From contig JAUWZW010000001.1 in NCBI GenBank assembly GCA_030615165.1, positions 1 to 50,686 of the forward strand: a stretch of 50,686 bases of DNA, written 5' to 3'. Positions 44,278 through 50,686 of the stretch are shown here, piece after piece; within the stretch, counting starts at the first letter, position 1; each line of letters starts with the position of its first letter. Position numbers and translations under genes: made by a program. This DNA is from Candidatus Aenigmatarchaeota archaeon (lineage in GTDB: Archaea > Aenigmatarchaeota > Aenigmatarchaeia > QMZP01). The notes under the pieces are model-generated. The model was not told the DNA's origin, did no database searches, and saw nothing but the letters and a program-made list of their open reading frames with translations.

Positions 44278-45561
44278 ATGGACAAATATATATCTGAAGA
44301 AGATACAAAAAACGTAGGATTTGATGTGTCTTCAGAATTTGGTGAGCTGCAGGCAATAATAGGATTGATGGAGGCAAAGGAATCGAGGAGCAGTCTGATT
44401 GAAGGTATAGGAGTTGGTGGTAGCATATTAAGCTTTCCGCAGATGTATAAAAACAGGATTTACTTTGGGTGTTGCGACAAGAATATTTATTGTGTGAACC
44501 TAGATGGAAAGGAGGTATGGAGGTTTTCAACGCAAGGTGTTGTTCTTTCAGCGGCACTGATATATAATGATATTATCTACATGGGGTCTTATGATAATGT
44601 TTTCTATGCTATAAACCTGGACGGGGAGCTTGTGTGGAAGTTTGCAACAAATGGAAAGATCATAATCAAGGCAGCCATTCATAAAAACCATATCTACTTC
44701 GGTTCCTCGGATCATAACTTCTATAAGCTTGATTTGAGTGGAAAGCTTATTTGGAAGTTTACAACAGGGGAAAGGGTTGTGGGAGAGCCTGTTTTTCATG
44801 GAAACTGTGTTTTATTCCCATCCGGGGATGGGAATTTCTATGCCGTTGATACAAAAACAGGCAGGGAGGTGTGGAGATTCACAACAGGCGGTTATACAAC
44901 AGCTTTTCCTGCATTTATTATGGATAACAAGGTTTTCTTTGGTTCAGCTGACAAGCATTTGTATGCCCTGAATCTTGATGGTAATCTGGCCTGGAAATTC
45001 AAGTGTGGTGATACAGTCTATCCTGCGGGTGTTTACAAAAACATGGCATTTGCTGCTTCAAGGGATAACAATCTTTATGCAATTAATATTAAGACAGGGA
45101 AGATGGTATGGGTTTTTAAAACAAAGGATGTGGTTGCCACCCATGTCATTCCCTTTAAAGATAAACTATATTTTGGTTCCTGGGATAAGAACCTTTATTG
45201 TTTAAATCTGAAGGGCGAGATGGCATGGAAATTCTCGACAACCGGTTTCGTAGCATCCACACCAATAATACATGACAGTGTTATATATTTCGGTGCCTGG
45301 GATTGCAATCTATATGCAGTTGATTTGAAAGGGAAACTGGTTTGGAAGTTTCCAACAAGTCTAAGTTATCAATCCTCAATAACGCCTGCTGAATCAAGGA
45401 AAACAATAAGTATTGAAATTAAGATTCAGGATGAAACAGAGGGAGAAAGAGAAAAGTACAAATCTGAAGGTGGGGGAAGTTACGAACTCAACCTGGCCCA
45501 ATATGGTGCTATGGACAAGGGGTATCTGGGCCGCAAGAAGAAGGGTTATAAGGAAGGTTGA
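44278..45561 (+). CDS. PQQ-like beta-propeller repeat protein, paralog 2
   Basis: Same repeat pattern. Starts MDKYIS 1 nt after the paralog 1 stop. Tail ...YLGRKKKGYKEG. Confidence 0.8.
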   Translation: MDKYISEEDTKNVGFDVSSEFGELQAIIGLMEAKESRSSLIEGIGVGGSILSFPQMYKNRIYFGCCDKNIYCVNLDGKEVWRFSTQGVVLSAALIYNDIIYMGSYDNVFYAINLDGELVWKFATNGKIIIKAAIHKNHIYFGSSDHNFYKLDLSGKLIWKFTTGERVVGEPVFHGNCVLFPSGDGNFYAVDTKTGREVWRFTTGGYTTAFPAFIMDNKVFFGSADKHLYALNLDGNLAWKFKCGDTVYPAGVYKNMAFAASRDNNLYAINIKTGKMVWVFKTKDVVATHVIPFKDKLYFGSWDKNLYCLNLKGEMAWKFSTTGFVASTPIIHDSVIYFGAWDCNLYAVDLKGKLVWKFPTSLSYQSSITPAESRKTISIEIKIQDETEGEREKYKSEGGGSYELNLAQYGAMDKGYLGRKKKGYKEG

Positions 45562-45562
45562 T

Positions 45563-46861
45563 ATGGACAAATATATCCAAGAGGATTCGGGACCAACAGT
45601 AGCAATAGAGATAGAGGAATCTGTTTTCGGTGAGCTTGAGACCATTGGCATGCTGCAGGAAATTGTTGATTATGTCAGTGAAGCAAAAACAACAGTGACT
45701 TTTAATCATACGGCTGGGGGGAGCATTCACACAGATCCTGTATTTTACAAGGGTGTGATTTATTTCAACGCAAGCGATAAAAATCTATATGCCATTAGCC
45801 CGGATGGCGAGAAAATCTGGACATTCAAATGTGGGGATATTCCATTTCACATTACAATAGAAAATGATATCATTTATTTTGGCTGTTATGACAAAAACTT
45901 GTATACCGTTTCTTTGGAAGGGGGGCTTTTGTGGAAATTCGCAACAAACGGAAAGGTCGTTTCCAGGCCGTTTGTGAAAGATGGTAAGATTTATTTTGGC
46001 TCTGAAGACGGGAACCTGTATGCAATCTCTGCAAAAGGTGAATTGGTGTGGAAATTCAACACCCAGGAACGGGTTTTCTCTGCTCCGGTTGTTTATAAAA
46101 ATATGGTTATATTCGGAGCAGAGGACAAGAACGTATATGCACTTGACCCTGAAACAGGGGAAATGATATGGAAATTCCCAGGAAACGCGGCAATGGGTTC
46201 GCCCGTTGTATACAAGGATGTTATCTATGTCGTAAGCTATGACCATAATCTTTATGCTTTGGATTTGACCGGTAGGTTATTATGGAAATTCACCACAACC
46301 GCACCAATAAGTTACAAGGAATGTTTAGTGGTAAATGATGTCATCTATTTCGCTAACGACGGGGGTGTTGTTTATGCACTTGGCATAGACGGGAAAGTAA
46401 TATGGAAGTTCCAAACAAAAGGGAAAATTAATTTTATCACGCTGGTTTTGCATGATGGTGTTATTTATTTTGGTTCCCATGACTTCAAAATGTATGCATT
46501 GGATGCCAAAACAGGGAAAAGGCTTTGGGCATATGGAACAAAAAATATCATAATTAGCAAGCCGGTAATTTATGATAACAAATTGTATTTCGGTTCCTGG
46601 GACTGCAATTTTTATTGCTTAAGTTTTGACGGGAAATTGGTATGGAAATTGCCGACAAGCACAAGCAAGCTTGCTTCTGTTGATGTCCCTGCTACTACTG
46701 AGAAAAAGGTTTCAAGATTTATTATGAAACTGCAGGATGTTGAAAGGAAGGCGTACAGGACTTCTTCCTCAACTAAAGGCCAGATTGGTGGGACATACAG
46801 TCTTGATATAGGATATAAAACAGAACATGAATATAAAGGGGGGAGGAAATATGGCAAGTGA
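45563..46861 (+). CDS. PQQ-like beta-propeller repeat protein, paralog 3
   Basis: Same repeat pattern. Starts MDKYIQ 1 nt after the paralog 2 stop. Tail ...EYKGGRKYGK. Confidence 0.8.
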   Translation: MDKYIQEDSGPTVAIEIEESVFGELETIGMLQEIVDYVSEAKTTVTFNHTAGGSIHTDPVFYKGVIYFNASDKNLYAISPDGEKIWTFKCGDIPFHITIENDIIYFGCYDKNLYTVSLEGGLLWKFATNGKVVSRPFVKDGKIYFGSEDGNLYAISAKGELVWKFNTQERVFSAPVVYKNMVIFGAEDKNVYALDPETGEMIWKFPGNAAMGSPVVYKDVIYVVSYDHNLYALDLTGRLLWKFTTTAPISYKECLVVNDVIYFANDGGVVYALGIDGKVIWKFQTKGKINFITLVLHDGVIYFGSHDFKMYALDAKTGKRLWAYGTKNIIISKPVIYDNKLYFGSWDCNFYCLSFDGKLVWKLPTSTSKLASVDVPATTEKKVSRFIMKLQDVERKAYRTSSSTKGQIGGTYSLDIGYKTEHEYKGGRKYGK

Positions 46862-47558
46862 TACTGTGGACATCAAAGGCCTGCAGAAGACATCCCTGAT
46901 TGATTACCCAGGCAAAGTATGCTGTGTGGTTTTCTTTGGAGGATGTGATTTCCGTTGCCCGTTCTGTTACAATATCGACCTTGTTCTCAATCCAGAAAGG
47001 CTTCCAACAATACCAGAGGAGGAGTTCCTTGAGTTTTTGAAAAAGAGAAAGAAATGGCTTGACGGGGTCTGTCTCGGTGGTGGCGAGCCATGCATTCATC
47101 AGGACCTTCCGGAATTCATAAAGAAGATGAAGAATCTCGGCTTCTTGGTTAAACTGGACACAAACGGCTCTAAACCAGAGATGCTTGGAAAACTCCTGAA
47201 AGAGAATCTGCTGGACTACATTGCAATGGATATAAAGGCACCCCTGGAAAAATATGACAATGCTGCCGGGGTTAAAGTGGACAAAAGAGCAATCCAGAAA
47301 AGCATTGATTTGATAAGGAATTCCGGGGTTGATTACGAATTCAGGAGCACGGTTTTGCCCAGGCTGCATTCAAAGCAGGACCTGCTTTCAATCGGAAAAT
47401 GGCTGAGAGGGAGCAGGAGATTCTTCATACAGCAATTCAGGAATGAAAAAACCATGAACCCGGAATTCCAGAAAGAAAATGTATTTAAGCCTGAGGAGCT
47501 GAATGGGTTTAAGGAGATGCTGAAGCCGTATTTTAAAGAGGTTGAGGTGAGAGCGTGA
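46851..47558 (+). CDS. nrdG: Anaerobic ribonucleotide reductase activating protein (radical SAM)
   Basis: CDFRCPFCYN (CxxxCxxC) and GGGEP. The N terminus IKGLQKTSLIDYPGKV is typical of NrdG-type activases. It overlaps the propeller 3 stop by 11 nt. Confidence 0.8.
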   Translation: MASDTVDIKGLQKTSLIDYPGKVCCVVFFGGCDFRCPFCYNIDLVLNPERLPTIPEEEFLEFLKKRKKWLDGVCLGGGEPCIHQDLPEFIKKMKNLGFLVKLDTNGSKPEMLGKLLKENLLDYIAMDIKAPLEKYDNAAGVKVDKRAIQKSIDLIRNSGVDYEFRSTVLPRLHSKQDLLSIGKWLRGSRRFFIQQFRNEKTMNPEFQKENVFKPEELNGFKEMLKPYFKEVEVRA

Positions 47559-48130
47559 AAGTAGTTCTTGCATCCAAATCCCCGAGAAGGAAGATGCTTC
47601 TGGAGCAGCTTGGCTTGCAGTTTGATATTATACCCAGCAATGCGGATGAAACAGAAATCAGGGAGGGAAACCCGGAAGAGCTTGTAAAGAGGCTTGCAGA
47701 ACTCAAGGCAGAATCCGTTGCCAGGAAGCTTGACGGGGAGAATGTTGTAATAGGTGCTGACACAATTGTTTATCTTGACGGAAAGATAATAGGGCAGCCA
47801 AGGGATGAAGAGGATGCAAAAAACACCCTGAGAATGCTTTCAGGGAAAACCCATGAGGTGTTTACAGGTGTTTGTGTGGTAAACACAAAGAACAATCAGA
47901 GGCTTTTTGATGTTGTCAGTACCCTTGTGACATTCAGGGAGCTTTCTGAGAAGGATATAGAGGAATGTATAAAAATAAAAAACAAGGTTGCACTCACAGG
48001 AGCAGGTTCTTACACCCCGGAACTTTACAGCAGGATTTTTGAAAAGCTTGAAGGCTCATTTAACAGTGTTGTTGGTCTTCCAACAGAAAGGCTTATACCA
48101 ATGTTAAGAAGCCAGGGTGTTGATGTTTAG
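47555..48130 (+). CDS. maf: Maf-like nucleoside triphosphate pyrophosphatase
   Basis: VLASKSPRRKMLLEQLGL...IGADT. The GTG start forms a GTGA overlap with the nrdG stop. Confidence 0.8.
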   Translation: MKVVLASKSPRRKMLLEQLGLQFDIIPSNADETEIREGNPEELVKRLAELKAESVARKLDGENVVIGADTIVYLDGKIIGQPRDEEDAKNTLRMLSGKTHEVFTGVCVVNTKNNQRLFDVVSTLVTFRELSEKDIEECIKIKNKVALTGAGSYTPELYSRIFEKLEGSFNSVVGLPTERLIPMLRSQGVDV

Positions 48131-48200
48131 CAAATAAACGAAAATCATCTTGCACATTTATAAAGGAACTCAAAAAGACTATTAACAAGGTGATATCTTT

Positions 48201-48383
48201 ATGCCGAAACCAATAGTTGACGCGAAAAAATGCACCGGAGAGGGGACATGTGTTTCAGTTTGTCCTGTGAATGTGTTTGAGATAAAGAACGGAAAATCTG
48301 TGGTTGTAAGGGCAAAGGACTGCATAGGATGCAGGGCATGCGAGACGTCCTGCCCCACTGGTGCAATAAAGGTTGTGGATTAA
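48201..48383 (+). CDS. 2x[4Fe-4S] ferredoxin
   Basis: CTGEGTCVSVCP and CIGCRACETSCP. Confidence 0.85.
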   Translation: MPKPIVDAKKCTGEGTCVSVCPVNVFEIKNGKSVVVRAKDCIGCRACETSCPTGAIKVVD

Positions 48384-48401
48384 CCGCCCTGCAAGCAATC
48401 T

Positions 48402-48641
48402 GTGATGTTTATGGCTGAAAAGACTACTGATAAGATAAAGAAGAACATGACTTTAGGTGAGGTTTTGACTAAATATCCCGAGATTGCAGAAGTTTTAGCC
48501 AAATACGGCTTCCACTGTGTTGGCTGCCCTGCCACCTTTATGGAAACAGTAGAGCAGGGCGCAAAGGTGCACGGCATAACAGGCAAGAAGCTTGAAAAGC
48601 TGCTCAAGGAAATGAATGATGCTGTTTCTAAAAAGAAGTAA
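48402..48641 (+). CDS. DUF1858 / hybrid-cluster-protein-associated redox disulfide domain protein
   Basis: LTKYPEIAEVLAKYGFHCVGCP pattern. Confidence 0.6.
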   Translation: MMFMAEKTTDKIKKNMTLGEVLTKYPEIAEVLAKYGFHCVGCPATFMETVEQGAKVHGITGKKLEKLLKEMNDAVSKKK

Positions 48642-48680
48642 GGCGTTAACTTTATAAATAAACTTAACGATTGTTTATTC

Positions 48681-49040
48681 ATGAAAGAGCATATGCCCCA
48701 GGAGATAGAGGTCTGGTACATTCTGCCCGCCATAAGGAAGGAATTCGCCAAGCTCATGATAAAGAAAGGTCTTTCTCAGAGGAAGGCTGCAGAGAAACTC
48801 GGAATCACGGAGTCTGCGGTCTCGCAATACCTGAAGAAGAAGAGAGCAAAAGAAGTCATTGCCTTTGATAGGGAAATAAAGTCAGAAATGGGGAAATCTG
48901 TTACAAGGGTGTTGGAAGGAGGCAGCCTTATGAAGGAGATGCAGAAAATCTGCAGCCTAGCCAAAAACAAGCGCATACTGTGCAAGATATCCAAAAAGCT
49001 AGGATACGCGCCCAAAGAATGCAGGGAGTGTTTTGTATGA
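48681..49040 (+). CDS. HTH transcriptional regulator with a C-terminal Cys cluster
   Basis: LSQRKAAEKLGITESAVSQYLKKKRA helix-turn-helix. C-terminal C...C...CxxC. Confidence 0.6.
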   Translation: MKEHMPQEIEVWYILPAIRKEFAKLMIKKGLSQRKAAEKLGITESAVSQYLKKKRAKEVIAFDREIKSEMGKSVTRVLEGGSLMKEMQKICSLAKNKRILCKISKKLGYAPKECRECFV

Positions 49041-49441
49041 AACTAAGAGCTCATCATTTGATGTGTCTTCATACATTTGAAGATGAAGGCTATGACGAAA
49101 ATATAATCAGAAGGATGGCGGAGATTATAAATACAATAAGGAATCAACCAGAAACGAGAATAGAAATCCTGAGGCGCTGTGATTATATTTGCGAGGCGTG
49201 TCCCTACATAAAAAATAGTAGATGCAATAAAAGACCAAACCTTGAAGAGTTTGTAAGGCTTCTAGATAGTGATGTCTTGGAAAGGGCAGGGCTGAAAGAG
49301 GGACAAATCATGAAAGCCAAGGAAGTGTTCCCTCTGATAAAGCAAAAGATAAAACCTGAAGACCTGGCGACAATCTGCAAGGGATGTGAATGGCTGGAAA
49401 AGGGATGTATTGATTGCTACAGAAGGGGGGAATTGCCATGA
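49037..49441 (+). CDS. DUF1284 family protein
   Basis: MKLRAHHLMCLHTFEDEGY N terminus and CxxC motifs. ATGA overlap with the upstream stop. Confidence 0.6.
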   Translation: MKLRAHHLMCLHTFEDEGYDENIIRRMAEIINTIRNQPETRIEILRRCDYICEACPYIKNSRCNKRPNLEEFVRLLDSDVLERAGLKEGQIMKAKEVFPLIKQKIKPEDLATICKGCEWLEKGCIDCYRRGELP

Positions 49442-50595
49442 AGCGCATATATATGGACCACGCAGCGACAACACCTGTTGACAGGGAAGTGCTGGAGGCA
49501 ATGAAACCCTACTTCAGTGAGAAGTATGGTAATGCATCCTCAATACATGATTTCGGGCAGGAGGCAAAGGATGCACTGGAAGACAGCAGGGCTAAGGTTG
49601 CAAAGCTCATTGGAGCAGACCTGAGTGAAATTGTTTTCACATCCGGGGGCTCTGAAGCTGATAATCTTGCAATAAAGGGCACTGCTTTTGCCAAAGGCAA
49701 GGGGAGCCACATAATTACCTCTACTATTGAGCATCATGCTGTTTTGCACACATGCGAGTTCCTGGAAAAACATGGGTTTGAAGTGACATATCTGCCTGTT
49801 GGTAAATACGGACTTGTTGACCCTGCACAGGTGGAGAAGGCAATAAAAAAGAACACAATTCTTGTGTCTATAATGCATGCTAACAATGAAATCGGGACAA
49901 TTGAACCTGTTGCAGAGATTGGCAAAATATGCAGGAATGCAGGTATTTTGTTCCACACAGATGCTGTGCAGAGCTTCGGGAAGATTCCCATAGATGTGAA
50001 GAAGATGAATATTGACCTGTTCTCTGCATCTGCACATAAGATGTACGGGCCAAAGGGTGTTGGATGTCTTTACATGAGGAAGGGTATTAATCTAATCCCG
50101 CAGATACATGGCGGAGGGCATGAGTCCGGTATGCGGAGCGGGACAGAGAACATTGCAGGGATTGTAGGATTTGCAAAGGCATGCGAGCTCGCAGGGAAGA
50201 ATATGAACAGCTGGGCAGAGCAAGAGGTGAAGCTGAGGGACAGACTTATTAAGGATATGCTCCAGATACCGAAAAGCCGGCTGAGTGGTCACCCAGAGAA
50301 AAGATTGCCTAACAATGTGAACATGTGTTTCAGCGGCATAGAGGGGGAATCAATGGTCATCCATTTAAGCATGAAGGGAATTGCAGCATCCACTGGCTCT
50401 GCATGCTCGAGCAAGAGCTTGAAACCAAGCCATGTACTGACTGCTACTGGTCTGAGCCCTAAGGATGCGCATGGCTCGCTGAGGCTCACCCTGGGGAAGG
50501 AGAACACAGAGCAGGATGTTGATTACCTTCTGAATGTTCTGCCTGGTATTGTTGATAACCTGAGGAAGATAAGCCCGCTGGGAGGGGGTGAATGA
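49438..50595 (+). CDS. Cysteine desulfurase (NifS/IscS family)
   Basis: YMDHAATTP, the PLP lysine SASAHKMYGPKG, and the catalytic loop STGSACSS. ATGA overlap with the upstream stop. Confidence 0.9.
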   Translation: MKRIYMDHAATTPVDREVLEAMKPYFSEKYGNASSIHDFGQEAKDALEDSRAKVAKLIGADLSEIVFTSGGSEADNLAIKGTAFAKGKGSHIITSTIEHHAVLHTCEFLEKHGFEVTYLPVGKYGLVDPAQVEKAIKKNTILVSIMHANNEIGTIEPVAEIGKICRNAGILFHTDAVQSFGKIPIDVKKMNIDLFSASAHKMYGPKGVGCLYMRKGINLIPQIHGGGHESGMRSGTENIAGIVGFAKACELAGKNMNSWAEQEVKLRDRLIKDMLQIPKSRLSGHPEKRLPNNVNMCFSGIEGESMVIHLSMKGIAASTGSACSSKSLKPSHVLTATGLSPKDAHGSLRLTLGKENTEQDVDYLLNVLPGIVDNLRKISPLGGGE

Positions 50596-50596
50596 T

Positions 50597-50686
50597 ATGA
50601 TATTCTGCATTCCCTGCATTATTTTGGTTTTGTATTTTGCAGTGTTGGGCATATTTTTCCCGAGGTACAGGGGTTACATAAGGGAA
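50597..50686 (+). CDS. Partial ORF (5' end only), hydrophobic N terminus
   Basis: ATG 1 nt after the nifS stop. Translates MIFCIPCIILVLYFAVLGIFFPRYRGYIRE and runs off the window. Confidence 0.3.
   Translation, partial: MIFCIPCIILVLYFAVLGIFFPRYRGYIRE

Noticed and set aside
46773-47369. Minus-strand 198-aa ORF
   Set aside because: It is antisense to nrdG, which has the radical-SAM CxxxCxxC motif and is translationally coupled to its neighbours.

Overview
Archaeal window. Informational genes present: fibrillarin, ribosomal protein L15e, RadB, ATP-dependent DNA ligase, and archaeal-type TyrRS, TrpRS and MetRS. Genes are tightly packed, often with 1-11 nt overlaps. Metabolism looks patchy, with orphan enzyme subunits. 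That fits a small-genome, DPANN-like archaeon, but the lineage is inference only.

Layout:
- 1-6.7 kb: a 16S-tRNA(Ala)-23S rRNA operon on the minus strand. It is heavily interrupted. The 23S locus is about 4.3 kb, with one LAGLIDADG homing-endonuclease intron plus at least seven small insertions. The 16S locus is 1678 nt, with four small insertions at universally conserved sites.
- 8.0-8.6 kb: tRNA-His and tRNA-Leu genes carrying multiple introns.
- 8.6-12.7 kb: trpS and tyrS flank an AT-rich insert encoding an Asp/Glu racemase, a degenerate TyrRS/TrpRS-like paralog and a small wHTH ORF.
- 12.8-27 kb: radB, an orphan class I fumarase alpha subunit, AMMECR1, pyrB-pyrI, pyrC, a DHH phosphoesterase, fibrillarin preceded by an uncharacterised three-gene cassette, DNA ligase, TrmB, an orphan PorB and L15e.
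- 27-38 kb: a cell-envelope block with secreted and lipoprotein ORFs, coiled-coil proteins, a type IV pilus/secretion ATPase and four membrane glycosylation genes.
- 38.5-48 kb: metG, then a nucleotide operon. Its class III ribonucleotide reductase carries an NrdR-type zinc ribbon at the N terminus and sits behind two tandem NrdR-box-like palindromes. Three tandem cytoplasmic PQQ-like beta-propeller paralogs lie between nrdD and nrdG, followed by maf.
- 48-50.7 kb: an Fe-S/redox operon (ferredoxin, DUF1858, HTH, DUF1284, NifS/IscS).

No CRISPR array, transposase or integrase was seen. All calls come from reading motifs in the sequence and the ORF translations; no database search was run. Intron and insertion boundaries are approximate (a few nt, more where stated).
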